Assembly: GCA_964645535.1 (NCBI GenBank)
Contig: CAZYCQ010000019.1
Coordinates: 1 to 50,217, forward strand
Reading direction: 5' to 3'
Length of the DNA: 50,217 bases
Source of the DNA: an uncultured archaeon
GTDB taxonomy: Archaea; Asgardarchaeota; Heimdallarchaeia; Heimdallarchaeales; Kariarchaeaceae
Position 1 is the first letter of the stretch, and each line of letters begins with the position of its first letter. The notes beneath the pieces are model-generated. The model searched no databases, had not been told where the DNA came from, and saw only the letters and a list, made by a program, of their open reading frames with translations. Positions 36,616-46,850 of the stretch are shown here, piece by piece. A program made the position numbers and the translations under genes.

Positions 36616-37329
36616 ATGAACATTGAAGCCATTATTTTGGCAGGCGGCAAGGGAACACGACTAAGATCTGTCACGATGAACATGATTCCCAAAGGTCTGA
36701 CGCCTATTCAAGAAAAACCGATCTTGCTATGGGAACTGGAATGGCTCGCTAGAGAAGGTATCCGATCTGCCATCCTTGCAACCGGTCACCTATCTGAAGA
36801 AATCGAAAAGGCTTTGGGAAATCAGGTGGAAACCCCATATGGAACCGTGGATCTCCAATATTCTGTTGAAAAAGAAAAATTGGGAAGTGGTGGTGCCGTC
36901 AAACTTGCAAGCGAATTGGTAAGTGCAGAGAAAACCTTGATCCTTAATGGTGACGTGCTAACCAATGCACCACTCACTCCACTTTTTGATCTGCACAAGG
37001 AGAAACAAGTTCTTGCGACCATGTTGGGGGTGAATATGGTCAGTCCTTATGGAATCATCCATCACAAAGACAATCTTATTATCAAGTATGAAGAAAAGCC
37101 GAGACTTGATGTTCCAATTCATGGAGGCGTTGATTTATTCGAAACCGATGTACTTTCCCGATTTCCGACGAAAGGGCAGATGGAGGAAACCATTTTCGTT
37201 GAATTGGTACAAGAAAGGATGTTTGCCTTTTACTTGATCCCGAATGACCAATTCTGGATGTCAATTGACACCCAAAAGGATTTCGAACTTGCCAACAAAA
37301 CATGGACTGGTCTTGGAAACATTGTTTGA
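36616..37329 (+). CDS. Sugar-phosphate nucleotidyltransferase (NTP_transferase family)
   Basis: ILAGGKGTRL...PKGL, EKLGSGGA, LNGDV, YGII, EKP, WMSID. Confidence 0.9.
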   Translation: MNIEAIILAGGKGTRLRSVTMNMIPKGLTPIQEKPILLWELEWLAREGIRSAILATGHLSEEIEKALGNQVETPYGTVDLQYSVEKEKLGSGGAVKLASELVSAEKTLILNGDVLTNAPLTPLFDLHKEKQVLATMLGVNMVSPYGIIHHKDNLIIKYEEKPRLDVPIHGGVDLFETDVLSRFPTKGQMEETIFVELVQERMFAFYLIPNDQFWMSIDTQKDFELANKTWTGLGNIV

Positions 37330-37415
37330 AATGTTTGGCTCATGTGTGATTATCTATCGTTTAGCTTTTATGAGGATAAAATAAGGGGGAAAAGAGAAGA
37401 ATCCAAGGTGAAACT

Positions 37416-38498
37416 ATGACTAGGAAAATCAAGATTGCAATTGCTGGACTTGGGAATTGTGCGGCAGCAATCATACAAGGATTGGAATACTATAAGAATG
37501 CTGCTGATGACGAAAAAGTCCCCGGTTTGATGCATGTGCGATTTGGTCCCTATCATGTAAGTGATATTGAAATCGTAGCTGCATTTGAAGTGAATCGGCT
37601 GAAAATCGGAAAAGATGTCGCTGATGCCATTTGGGAACCTCCCAACTGCGTAAATAAGTTTGCAGACGTCCCCAAGACGGGTGTCATTGTTCAACCAGGT
37701 CCCATCTCTGATGGTGTTGCCCCACATATGAGGGAATCTTTCTACTGTTATGATGAAAATGAAGTCAAACCTGTCGATGTAGCCCAAGTCCTCAAGGAAA
37801 CTGGTGCAGAAATCCTAGTTAACTTTCTCCCAGTAGGTTCTGAAGATGCTACTAAGATTTATGCACAAGCTGCACTTGATGCTGGTGTGTCTTTCGCAAA
37901 TGGTATCCCTTCATTTATCGTTTCTGACGAAGAATGGGCCGAAAAATTCACCAAGGCAGGCATTCCTGTCGCCGGTGATGACATCAAGTCACAATTGGGT
38001 GCAACCATTCTTCACCGTGTTCTCATGCAACTGATGGACGACCGTGGTATTGCAGTTGACAGGACACACCAGTTGAATGTGGGAGGAAACACCGACTTCG
38101 AAAACATGAAGCACGAAGGCAGGCTCACTACCAAACGTATATCTAAGACGGAAGCAGTCACCTCTGTTCTACCTTATGATATCCCTGTACGAATCGGTCC
38201 CTCTGATTATGTACCCTTCCTCAAAGATAACAAGGTCTGCTATATCAACGCTGAAGGTCGTAACTTCGGTGATCAAAAGGTCATCTTGAACCTCAAACTT
38301 TCTGTGCAAGATTCTCCTAACTCTGCTGGAGTCATGATCGATGTAATCCGGGCATTGGCCATTGCCAGAGATCGTGGTATCGCAGGACCTCTCTATAGCA
38401 TGAGTGCCTATGCTTTCAAGCATCCACCCAAACAGATCCCTGATTTCATCGCCAAGGAGAATGTCGAGAAATTCATCAAAGGAGAATTGGAGGTGTAA
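37416..38498 (+). CDS. ino1: myo-Inositol-1-phosphate synthase
   Basis: GLGNCA, GDDIKSQLGAT, QLNVGGNTDF, KRISKT, DNK, DSPNSAG, FKHPP. Confidence 0.95.
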   Translation: MTRKIKIAIAGLGNCAAAIIQGLEYYKNAADDEKVPGLMHVRFGPYHVSDIEIVAAFEVNRLKIGKDVADAIWEPPNCVNKFADVPKTGVIVQPGPISDGVAPHMRESFYCYDENEVKPVDVAQVLKETGAEILVNFLPVGSEDATKIYAQAALDAGVSFANGIPSFIVSDEEWAEKFTKAGIPVAGDDIKSQLGATILHRVLMQLMDDRGIAVDRTHQLNVGGNTDFENMKHEGRLTTKRISKTEAVTSVLPYDIPVRIGPSDYVPFLKDNKVCYINAEGRNFGDQKVILNLKLSVQDSPNSAGVMIDVIRALAIARDRGIAGPLYSMSAYAFKHPPKQIPDFIAKENVEKFIKGELEV

Positions 38499-38501
38499 AT
38501 A

Positions 38502-39560
38502 ATGTCACAGATAAAAGTTGCAATTGCCGGTATCGGAAATCTTGCTAGCGGATTTCTCCAAGGAATCCAATATTATACCCAGAATTCAGAAGAAAAAATC
38601 GCTCATCCACGACTCGGTGGCTATGAAATCAAAGACATCGAAGTGGTTGCCGCTTTTGATATCGATGAAAGAAAAGTGGGGAAGGATCTTTCTGAGGCAA
38701 TCTTCGCAAATCCAAACAAGATGCCCAAAATCATTGATGTCCCTGAACTTGGCGTAATTGTCAAGAAAGCTCCTGTACTTGATGGTGTGGCTGAAACCGC
38801 AGTCGATGTCATCAAGGTTTCCTCTGAAAAAGAGGTGGACATTGCAGAGGAACTCAAGGCTTCTGGCGCAGAAATGCTGGTGATCGCCACTCCTAGCGGG
38901 GCGGTTGAAACCTGTGAAACTTTTGCAAAAGCAGGCCTCGAAGCTGGAATTGGTGTGATTAATGTCACACCCACCCCTATTGCCCGCAACTCAAAGTGGG
39001 CAAGAGAATTCAGGCTCGCCAAACTTCCTCTATTGGGTGATGATCTCCAATCACAGGCTGGAGGAACTGCTTTCCACAAAGGACTTTTGAAACTCCTTAA
39101 CGAAATCGGTGTAAGGATTAAGGATACCTATCAATTGGATGTGTCCGGTGGATTGGAAGGGCTGACAACACTTGACTACGATAGAAGGAATTACAAGCGA
39201 TCGGTAAAGGAGCATTCAATTCGTCAATCACTTGACTACGATTTTGAGGTTGCTGCCGGAACTACTGATTATCTTGAATTCCTTGGTTCAACCCGAATTG
39301 GTTATTATTGGGTTGAAGGAAAAGGTTTCCTCGGAGAAACCGTCAAATTGGACATTCAATTGGAAACCGTTGACGGGTCAAACGGTGCCGCCACCCTTTC
39401 CGATGCAGTCAGGGTTATGAAAATCGCCCTCAGCAAAGTTGCAACTGGTCCTCTGGTTTCACCTGCTCCTTACCTTTTCAAGGCACCTCCTGTAGTGATG
39501 CCCTTGGAAAAAACCGCTGAAGCGTTTGACGATTTCGTAACCGGCAAGGTTCTTCTATAA
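38502..39560 (+). CDS. Inositol-1-phosphate synthase paralogue with substituted active-site motifs
   Basis: Collinear with ino1 (GIGNLA, AFDID.RKVGKDL), but has GDDLQSQ, QLDVSGGLEG, GSTR and DGSNGAA. Confidence 0.85.
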   Translation: MSQIKVAIAGIGNLASGFLQGIQYYTQNSEEKIAHPRLGGYEIKDIEVVAAFDIDERKVGKDLSEAIFANPNKMPKIIDVPELGVIVKKAPVLDGVAETAVDVIKVSSEKEVDIAEELKASGAEMLVIATPSGAVETCETFAKAGLEAGIGVINVTPTPIARNSKWAREFRLAKLPLLGDDLQSQAGGTAFHKGLLKLLNEIGVRIKDTYQLDVSGGLEGLTTLDYDRRNYKRSVKEHSIRQSLDYDFEVAAGTTDYLEFLGSTRIGYYWVEGKGFLGETVKLDIQLETVDGSNGAATLSDAVRVMKIALSKVATGPLVSPAPYLFKAPPVVMPLEKTAEAFDDFVTGKVLL

Positions 39561-40799
39561 ATTATGCAGACGCGAAAGGGCGGCCTTTCTATGACCGTCC
39601 AACCCCTCTGACTTTGCTATCAACGATGAGATTTCAATTAATTCAGTGGGATTCCTAATTTCTTGGAATGTTACAATCTTGATGAAATCCTTGACAGAAA
39701 GACCACCTGTATACCTTGCAACTCCATCCGTCGGTAACACATGGTTTGGACCAGAACAATAGTCTCCAAAAACCTCGGCAGAGGCATTCCCAATGAACAA
39801 TGATCCAAAATTGGTTATCTTCTCAAGAATCATGTTCGGATCTTCGACCATCAATTCCAAATGCTCAGGAGCCTTCTGATTCACAATTGTTTCAACTCCT
39901 TGTAATTTTGGACAAACAATGATCATTCCTTGGGCTATCGATTCTTTCGCGATTTCATGTGTTGCCAATGATGAGAGTTGGTACTCAAGCTCATTCAGTA
40001 TTTTCTTTCCCAGTTTATTGCAACAAACGATAGCATTTGCCTCGGCATTTACATCATGTTCTGCTTGCGCTAATAGATCTGCCGCTACAAGTCTCGGATC
40101 TGCCGTGCAATCTGTCACAACCATGACTTCTGAGGGGCCCGCAAGAAAATCTATTCCCACTTTACCATAGACCTCTCGTTTGGCGGCAGTTACGTACTTA
40201 TTGCCAGGCCCTACAATTTTGTCCACCTGAGGTATGCTTTCTGTTCCATAAGCCAATGCTCCAATTGCCTGTACTCCTCCAATCCTCAAAATCTTTGTAG
40301 CTCCCGCAATATCCGCTGCAACGATTGTCTCTGGTTTAATTTTTGGGGAACAGACTATGATTTCTTTTACCCCTGCCACTCGGGCAGGAATCACCGTCAT
40401 CAAAGCTGTTGAAGGAAGCGGATAATTCCCTCCAGGAACATAGCAACCAACCCTTTGTAAAGGAATGATTTTATGACCTATGATCCCGAATTCCGTTTTC
40501 ATCTCCTTCGTTTGAAACATGGACATCTGTAATCGGGCAAAGGATTCAATATTTGTAGCCGCTTTCTTCAAAGCTTGCACTAACTCACCATCAACCTTCT
40601 CATATGCTTGTTTAATCTCTTCTTCTTTAACAATGAAATCACTTCCTGAAAACCCATCAAACTGTTGGGAATATTCTCTTACCGCTTCATCCCCTCTCTC
40701 CCTTACATCCTTGAGAATTTGGCGAACACCTCCCGGTACTTCAATATTGGATCGATTAAACCAGCTTTCAGGAATATCCTTGAAATTCACGATTTTCAT
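39555..40799 (-). CDS. hisD: Histidinol dehydrogenase
   Basis: GCYVPGG, GGVQAI, GPGNKYV, GPSEV, QAEHD, APEHLEL, GDYCSGPNHVLPT; ATGA overlap with the upstream gene. Confidence 0.96.
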   Translation of the reverse strand: MKIVNFKDIPESWFNRSNIEVPGGVRQILKDVRERGDEAVREYSQQFDGFSGSDFIVKEEEIKQAYEKVDGELVQALKKAATNIESFARLQMSMFQTKEMKTEFGIIGHKIIPLQRVGCYVPGGNYPLPSTALMTVIPARVAGVKEIIVCSPKIKPETIVAADIAGATKILRIGGVQAIGALAYGTESIPQVDKIVGPGNKYVTAAKREVYGKVGIDFLAGPSEVMVVTDCTADPRLVAADLLAQAEHDVNAEANAIVCCNKLGKKILNELEYQLSSLATHEIAKESIAQGMIIVCPKLQGVETIVNQKAPEHLELMVEDPNMILEKITNFGSLFIGNASAEVFGDYCSGPNHVLPTDGVARYTGGLSVKDFIKIVTFQEIRNPTELIEISSLIAKSEGLDGHRKAALSRLHNL

Positions 40800-42049
40800 G
40801 ACCTTCTCCTCCATAACTCATTTTCAATCTCACTCAACCTAATACCATGCTTGACAAGATACGTGACAAAAAAATACATCAAATCCGCAGCTTCCCAAAT
40901 CAGGTTTTTCCTATCTGTGTGTTCCAGCAATTCTGAAAGCTCTTCGCGTAACTTTTCCTCAATCAAACCCGGCTCTGTCAAAACCCTTTGGGTGTACGAT
41001 CCAATTTTCGTTGGACCTTCTTTTCGATCCTGAATTATTCGTTCCAATTCCTTGACTGAAAACTTTGTCTCATTGAAACAGGTTTTGGTGCCGGTGTGAC
41101 ACGCATTTCCATTTTGGTTGACCACAAAAAGCAGAGTATCCCGATCGCAATCATACCTTGCCTTCACCAATTTCTGGAGGTTTCCTGAACTTTCACCTTT
41201 TTTCCACAGACTGCCTCTAGATCTGCTGAAATAAACTGCATAATGGTCTCTTTGATCCCATTCATCTCCCAATGTCTCCTTTAATGATTCCTGACTTGAG
41301 TACGCGACCATCAGAACTTTCCCGGTTCCTTCTTCCTGAACCACTGTTGGAACCAATCCGTTATTCTTCTCGAAATCAATCAACGAAACAAATGCATCTG
41401 TCAATCTTATTGTCGAGGTATACAATGCCATTCCTATTTGTGAGTTGATGTTTTCGTTTTCCAATTGCTTGATCTCCTCAATTGAGGAAATCCCTCCTGC
41501 ATAGGTCAACTGATTTTCCGTTTTGCTTTTGATCAACTTTGCCATTTCAAGATTGATCCCTTCAAGCTTTCCTTCCCGCTGGACATCTGTAAATAGAAAT
41601 TCATTGCAATAATCCTGCAATTCAATTGCTCGATCCAATGGGTTCTGATGAACGGTTTGTTTCCACCCATGTGTGGCAATATTTTTTCCTTTCATGTCAA
41701 GGGCAACTATTACCCTTTCTTTATTAAATGAAGAAAGAAATTCTGGGTCTGCCTTTGTCCCCACGATGATCTTCTTTGCTCCTGCAAGCAGGATTTCATC
41801 ACCTTCTTCAATTGTCCTTATCCCTCCTCCGACCCTGCATTCCGCCAAGGTGCAAATCTGTGCAATCAGATCTCTATTTTCTCCCTTTCCTAAGGCCGCA
41901 TCAAGATCTATGACCGCAAGCTCTCCATAACGATTGAAACCCTTGGCAATCATGACTGGATCGTCTCTTTCAACCTTGATCATCTGTTCATTGCCATTCA
42001 CCAATTGAACAGCTTTACCGTTCATCAAGTCAATACTCGGAATTATCAT
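40796..42049 (-). CDS. hisA: Fused HisA-HisI-HisE (ProFAR isomerase + PR-AMP cyclohydrolase + PR-ATP pyrophosphatase)
   Basis: N-terminal IIPSIDL..GKAVQL, DLDAA, VGGGIR; middle GLVPTVVQ...SRSR..LWKKGESSGN...DCDRD...ACHTG..TCF; C-terminal SYT...KLREE...WEAADLMY. Confidence 0.9.
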   Translation of the reverse strand: MIIPSIDLMNGKAVQLVNGNEQMIKVERDDPVMIAKGFNRYGELAVIDLDAALGKGENRDLIAQICTLAECRVGGGIRTIEEGDEILLAGAKKIIVGTKADPEFLSSFNKERVIVALDMKGKNIATHGWKQTVHQNPLDRAIELQDYCNEFLFTDVQREGKLEGINLEMAKLIKSKTENQLTYAGGISSIEEIKQLENENINSQIGMALYTSTIRLTDAFVSLIDFEKNNGLVPTVVQEEGTGKVLMVAYSSQESLKETLGDEWDQRDHYAVYFSRSRGSLWKKGESSGNLQKLVKARYDCDRDTLLFVVNQNGNACHTGTKTCFNETKFSVKELERIIQDRKEGPTKIGSYTQRVLTEPGLIEEKLREELSELLEHTDRKNLIWEAADLMYFFVTYLVKHGIRLSEIENELWRRRS

Positions 42050-42813
42050 TTTAGTTCCTCCAAACGTATGGGAATCCCTTCCTCCTTCAATCTCCATTTC
42101 AGCGTACCTATTGAAATTTCATTGTAATGGAAGATTGAAGCAGCCAATGCTCCAGTAACCTCCGTTTCCTTGAACAGATCAATAAAATCATCCACTGTTC
42201 CGCCTCCTCCTGATGCAATAATCGGAATGCCCACTGTCTCCGATACTGCTCGATAAAGCTCAATATCAAATCCCGTTTTTGTCCCATCCCGATCGATGGA
42301 TGTAAGGAGAATTTCTCCCGCACCTAAAGATTCAACTTCTGCAAGCCATTCCAATGCATCCCATTTGGTTCGGGTTCTCCCTCCGTGGGTATAGACCTTC
42401 CATTTCCCCTTTTCTTTCTTGACATCAACTGCAACGACAATACATTGGCTTCCAAAAAGCTTTGCCCCTTCTTCAATTAGGTTCGGATTGGAAACAGTCG
42501 CTGAATTGATGGAAATTTTATCGGCACCTGCTGAAAGTATTTTGCTCATATCCTCGATGGATTTGATGCCTCCTCCAATGGTAAAAGGAATGAAAATTTT
42601 CTGGGCAATCCTGCCAATCAAGTCCAAAAGAAGTGGCTGATTGTCAGAAGTGGCTGTTATGTCCAAATAGACCAATTCATCTGCTCCTTTTCTCCAATAG
42701 GTACTGCCCAGATTGACCGGGTCACCTGCATCCCTTAAATCTGCAAAATTTATTCCCTTGACAACACGTCCATTTGTTACATCAAGACAGGGAATGATCC
42801 TTTTTGTTAACAT
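42046..42813 (-). CDS. hisF: Imidazole glycerol phosphate synthase cyclase subunit
   Basis: [57 protein letters not shown]. Confidence 0.97.
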   Translation of the reverse strand: MLTKRIIPCLDVTNGRVVKGINFADLRDAGDPVNLGSTYWRKGADELVYLDITATSDNQPLLLDLIGRIAQKIFIPFTIGGGIKSIEDMSKILSAGADKISINSATVSNPNLIEEGAKLFGSQCIVVAVDVKKEKGKWKVYTHGGRTRTKWDALEWLAEVESLGAGEILLTSIDRDGTKTGFDIELYRAVSETVGIPIIASGGGGTVDDFIDLFKETEVTGALAASIFHYNEISIGTLKWRLKEEGIPIRLEELK

Positions 42814-43421
42814 TGCAGCCACCTCCGTAGAAATCGCAAGCCAAGTTCGCCTGACTTTTCAGGATGAAACTGCACCCCCCAGATATTGTCGTACTGTATT
42901 GCCGAACAGAACCTTGTGTCTTCATAATCGGTGTACCCTACTTTAATTCTTTCATCATTCGGGACAGGATAGTAGGAATTCACAAAATAGTAGTACCCTG
43001 CTTCAAGTAGACTTCCTGATGAAGGAACTGATACTTCGTTCCACCCAATCTGCGGTATCTTCCCCTTCCTGAATTTCACCACATTGCCTTTGAATATGCC
43101 CAATCCCTCCACTCCTGGACTTTCCTCGCTCCGTTCAAACAAGGCTTGATATCCTAGACATATTCCGAGAAATGGCTTTCCACCTATTATCTCCTTTCTC
43201 AAAGATGATAACAAACCCTGTTCCTCAAGTACCCTCATTGCTGAACCAAAATTCCCAACCCCCGGAAAAATTACCTTTGACGTGGCTTCAAGCTCTTCCT
43301 CACTTCTGACTAACAATGATTTATAACCAAGAAACTTCAGGGCATTTGAAACACTTCCAATATTGCCCCCTCCATAGTCCAAAATTCCCACAATTCTTGT
43401 TTCTTCGTTGATTTCTGTCAT
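42807..43421 (-). CDS. hisH: Imidazole glycerol phosphate synthase glutaminase subunit
   Basis: DYGGGN, PGVG, GICLG, QFHPEKS; start ATG 43421 overlaps the hisB stop. Confidence 0.96.
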   Translation of the reverse strand: MTEINEETRIVGILDYGGGNIGSVSNALKFLGYKSLLVRSEEELEATSKVIFPGVGNFGSAMRVLEEQGLLSSLRKEIIGGKPFLGICLGYQALFERSEESPGVEGLGIFKGNVVKFRKGKIPQIGWNEVSVPSSGSLLEAGYYYFVNSYYPVPNDERIKVGYTDYEDTRFCSAIQYDNIWGVQFHPEKSGELGLRFLRRWLQC

Positions 43422-44008
43422 GATATCACTCCTTTGGTACTTGGAATCTCCTCTCCAATTCGTTTGTCCTTTTGACATGCTTGCTTCATGGCCTTGGCAA
43501 ATGCCTTGAAAATCGCTTCTAGTTTATGGTGGTCATTCTTCCCCGATAAAAGGCGTATCGCAATATTTGCCCCTAACGAATTTGCCAAGGCCTCGAAAAA
43601 GTGTTCCGTCAGATCAGAATCAAAATCTCCACAGAAACGCCTCCGGAATTCCACATCAAATTGCAGATACGGTCTTCCACTCAAATCCACCGCAACTTGG
43701 GCAAGCGCATCGTCCATTGGATAGAGAAAGAACCCTGCTCTTTCAATTCCTCTCTTGTCACCCAATGCCTTCCTTAGCGTTTCGCCCAGAACCAAGGCAA
43801 TATCCTCAACAGTGTGGTGTTGATCGACCTCAAGATCCCCTTGGGCTTCAATATCGATATCTATGAGGCTGTGCTTACTGAAGGCTTCTATCATATGTTT
43901 AAGAAAACCAATGGGTACCTTGATGCTTGATTTTCCTGATCCATCTATCTTGACCCATGCCCTGACTTCCGTTTCATTGGTTTTTCGGTATGTAGTGGCT
44001 TCTCTCAT
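43418..44008 (-). CDS. hisB: Imidazoleglycerol-phosphate dehydratase
   Basis: RKTNET, GFLKHM, DQHHTVED, PMDDA, NDHHKLEAIFKA, PSTKG. Confidence 0.96.
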   Translation of the reverse strand: MREATTYRKTNETEVRAWVKIDGSGKSSIKVPIGFLKHMIEAFSKHSLIDIDIEAQGDLEVDQHHTVEDIALVLGETLRKALGDKRGIERAGFFLYPMDDALAQVAVDLSGRPYLQFDVEFRRRFCGDFDSDLTEHFFEALANSLGANIAIRLLSGKNDHHKLEAIFKAFAKAMKQACQKDKRIGEEIPSTKGVIS

Positions 44009-45678
44009 AAGATCTCCTCCATCTTGTTGAGATTGGGGATGGTTTTCACCTCTCCAAAAGTCGTAGTTTCAGAAACAAGAATTGGGGTTATTCCCGCCCT
44101 TTTTGCTGCCATCACATCATTGATTGTATCTCCGAAATAATACCCACGTTTGGCCTTCAGAACAGCAAGGGCTTTGCGTATCCCTTCCGGATCAGGTTTG
44201 TCTTCATATACATCATCCAAGGAAATGACAACATGGAACATGTCAAATCCAAATCTTTCACATGCCCATTCTACCTCCTCCTTTGGACGTCCTGTAACGA
44301 TTCCCATTCTATACCGTTGTGAAAGAGTAGAAAGAATCCGCTTGTCAATAAGGGGCTCTTCGTTGAATCTGAACCCGGGATCATACAGATAGGCTTTCTG
44401 AAAGAATTTCTTCACCTCCTCGAAGGAAACAGTTGCAGTTTCCGATATGAGCGCAGAAGTAACTTTCCAATCACTGTTGTACCCGGGTTTCTCCCTCCAT
44501 CTTTGGATATCCTTGTCTTGGATTTTTCTTCCGGTAAACCTTTCCACCACGTACTTAATCGTTCGGTCATAGGATTTGCGGACATCAACAAGGACTCCGT
44601 CCATGTCAAATATCAACACGGGTTCCTCAAGAATTTCCTGCAATGTTCTGACAAATCTTTTCATAATTTGAAGGGGGCCGATCGTAATCCTGCTGTATCC
44701 CTCTAATTGCTTCTGGTTAGATCTATCCCGTATGAGTATCCCTTTTTGCTCCAGTTTCTTGCAAATCCATTTGTTGATCGTTCCAAAACGTACCAACAGA
44801 AAATTTGCATAGGAAGGGAAAACCTCAATTGACATTTCTCTCAATTGATTCATTACCCATCTTCTGGACTGCTTTACTTCCTCAACGTATCTTTCAACAA
44901 ATGGGATGTCCTTCAATGCAGCTTTCACTGCGTGGACTGCCAATGAGTTTACATTATAGGGTGGTGCCATGATTTTCAGTTGGTAGGCTATCTCCTTATT
45001 CGTATATGCATATCCAATCCTCAGTCCTGCAAGTCCAAATGCTTTTGAAAAAGTTTTCAGCACTATCAGCCTACGATCAGATTTCACCAAATCTGCATAA
45101 CTGTTGATGCCAAATTCCCCATATGCCTCATCAATCACAATAACTGTTTCTGGACACTTTCTCTCTAGCTCTTCGATAAGATATTCTGGCTCCGGAATTG
45201 CACTGCCGGTTGGATTGTTTGGATCTGATAGAATAACGACTTTTGGCTTCTCTCTAACTGCGACTTGCACAATTTCCTCGACTGGAAATGAAAAATCTTC
45301 TTCCAATGGCACCTCAATGATTTCCGCCTCCTTGAGCTGTCCATAAAAATGATACATCGAAAAGGTTGGAACAACTGTCAATACTTTCTGTCCTTTCCCT
45401 AGCAGGACATCAAAGATGAGCCTCAATCCATCGTCAATCCCTGCGGTTAGAACAAGACCTTCGCGATCCAAATCAAGAGACTCGGCCAATTGATCATATA
45501 GGTCATCATACGAGGGGTAAGTCGACAAATCCTCAAATCCGACTTCCTGAAGGGATCTGTAAACTAAAGATGAAGGACCTCGGAGATTTTCATTGAAATC
45601 AAGTCTCACAAACCTTTGCCTTCTTTCTAAAGGTGGGTTGTAGCCGACAAACCTCTCTGTTTGCGAAATTCCAGTCAT
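44005..45678 (-). CDS. hisC: Histidinol-phosphate aminotransferase fused to a HAD-family phosphatase
   Basis: LDFNEN, PNNPTG, DEAY, KTFSKAFGLAGLRIG; C-terminal FDMDGVL, VTGRP, KPDP, GDTIND. Confidence 0.93.
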   Translation of the reverse strand: MTGISQTERFVGYNPPLERRQRFVRLDFNENLRGPSSLVYRSLQEVGFEDLSTYPSYDDLYDQLAESLDLDREGLVLTAGIDDGLRLIFDVLLGKGQKVLTVVPTFSMYHFYGQLKEAEIIEVPLEEDFSFPVEEIVQVAVREKPKVVILSDPNNPTGSAIPEPEYLIEELERKCPETVIVIDEAYGEFGINSYADLVKSDRRLIVLKTFSKAFGLAGLRIGYAYTNKEIAYQLKIMAPPYNVNSLAVHAVKAALKDIPFVERYVEEVKQSRRWVMNQLREMSIEVFPSYANFLLVRFGTINKWICKKLEQKGILIRDRSNQKQLEGYSRITIGPLQIMKRFVRTLQEILEEPVLIFDMDGVLVDVRKSYDRTIKYVVERFTGRKIQDKDIQRWREKPGYNSDWKVTSALISETATVSFEEVKKFFQKAYLYDPGFRFNEEPLIDKRILSTLSQRYRMGIVTGRPKEEVEWACERFGFDMFHVVISLDDVYEDKPDPEGIRKALAVLKAKRGYYFGDTINDVMAAKRAGITPILVSETTTFGEVKTIPNLNKMEEIL

Positions 45679-46649
45679 TTCCTGATGCCTCCAATACTGT
45701 CAAGCAGATTGCGATATTGAGGAGGTTCTTCCTCGAAAATGTAGGTCGTAGGAGTAACTACCACTCCTGATCCTCCTACCTCTCTCAGACTTTCAATCGC
45801 CTTCATCAGAATCTTTTTCGGCACAACAACGTGGATTGCAAACCATGGTTCCATGTCTTGATTGAAAATCGCCGAAACCGTAGGGCCTTGGAGACCGTTC
45901 AATCCGGATTTGGATATCAGCTCGGGAATTACCCTTTCCGGGGTTCCTCTCATATTGGCATAAACTGAAACAAAATCCATGCCCCGTAAGGTACCCTCAA
46001 AAAGCTCCAAGAGCTGCTTTGCCACCTTCATGGCTTCCTGATCGGTTCTAAGCATCCTTGCATTGGCTATTAAAACTGCCTCAGAATCCAAAATCCGACC
46101 TCCTTCCAACCTTTTCAGCCTGTTGTCCTCCAAGGTCTGACCAGTTGAGACAAGATCGACTATGAAATCTGCCTTGCCCAAGGCAGGTGAAACCTCCAAC
46201 GTGCCGGCAGAGGATACAAATTCGAAAGATATTTCCCTTTCTCTCAAAAAGTCTGACGTCAGTCTGGGAAACTTCGAGGCAACACGAAATGGGTTTCCAT
46301 TGCCTTTTCCTTTGAGTTCTTCAATGCTGGATATTTCCCAAGCTTCGGGAACTGCAACTTCCAAAGTACATTTCCCAAATCCAAGACCTTCATGGACAAT
46401 GATAAGTTCATTGCCTTCTCTCAATTCCATGACGAGATCCTTGCCGACAATGCCAAAGGTCAGAAATCCTGTCTCCACACCCTTTACAATATCTTCTTGA
46501 CGCTGATATACTACCTGAAGGTTGGGAAACTCATCCAAACTCGCCAAATATCTTCTTCTTACCCGTCGGAGTGTAAGACCGCATCGATCAATGAATTCTG
46601 CAGTCTCAATCTCCATTCTCCCTTTACTTGGTATGCCTAATCTGATCAT
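45675..46649 (-). CDS. hisG: ATP phosphoribosyltransferase (long form)
   Basis: GIPSKGRM, GIVGKD, GFGKCTL.VAVP, ADFIVDLVSTGQTL..NRL, C-terminal GPTVS regulatory domain; ATG 46649 with GGTGA RBS. Confidence 0.95.
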   Translation of the reverse strand: MIRLGIPSKGRMEIETAEFIDRCGLTLRRVRRRYLASLDEFPNLQVVYQRQEDIVKGVETGFLTFGIVGKDLVMELREGNELIIVHEGLGFGKCTLEVAVPEAWEISSIEELKGKGNGNPFRVASKFPRLTSDFLREREISFEFVSSAGTLEVSPALGKADFIVDLVSTGQTLEDNRLKRLEGGRILDSEAVLIANARMLRTDQEAMKVAKQLLELFEGTLRGMDFVSVYANMRGTPERVIPELISKSGLNGLQGPTVSAIFNQDMEPWFAIHVVVPKKILMKAIESLREVGGSGVVVTPTTYIFEEEPPQYRNLLDSIGGIRK

Positions 46650-46713
46650 AAAATCACCAAAAGAACTTTGTCTGCTCTTGATCAAAACGGAGGGACGGCG
46701 CATGAACCTTATG

Positions 46714-46746
46714 TCATCTGCATATGTGAACACAATCACCTAGCAT
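46714..46746 (-). CDS. Putative his leader peptide 2 (MLGDCVHICR)
   Basis: AAGGAGGT SD, 6 nt spacer, ATG CTA GGT GAT TGT GTT CAC ATA TGC AGA TGA. Confidence 0.55.
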   Translation of the reverse strand: MLGDCVHICR

Positions 46747-46760
46747 GCTTGCACCTCCTT

Positions 46761-46850
46761 AAAAAAAGCAAAAAACATGAGGTTACCTGAGAGCAGCATG
46801 GAACAAGACTATTTACGATGAACGTAATCACTGCTCATTGTGAAACCTCA
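46761..46850 (-). promoter_or_regulatory. Putative attenuator hairpin plus U-tract in the his operon leader
   Basis: Minus strand: UGAGGUU/AACCUCA, GAGCAG/CUGCUC and UUACG/CGUAA nested stems, followed by UUUUUUGCUUUUUUU. Confidence 0.55.
46809..46838 (-). CDS. Putative his leader peptide 1 (MSSDYVHRK)
   Basis: TGAGGT SD, 6 nt spacer, ATG AGC AGT GAT TAC GTT CAT CGT AAA TAG. Confidence 0.5.
   Translation of the reverse strand: MSSDYVHRK

Noticed and set aside
46650-46739. 30-aa N-terminal extension of hisG in the ORF track
   Set aside because: HisG homology begins at ATG 46649, which has its own GGTGA RBS. The upstream sequence is better explained as leader.
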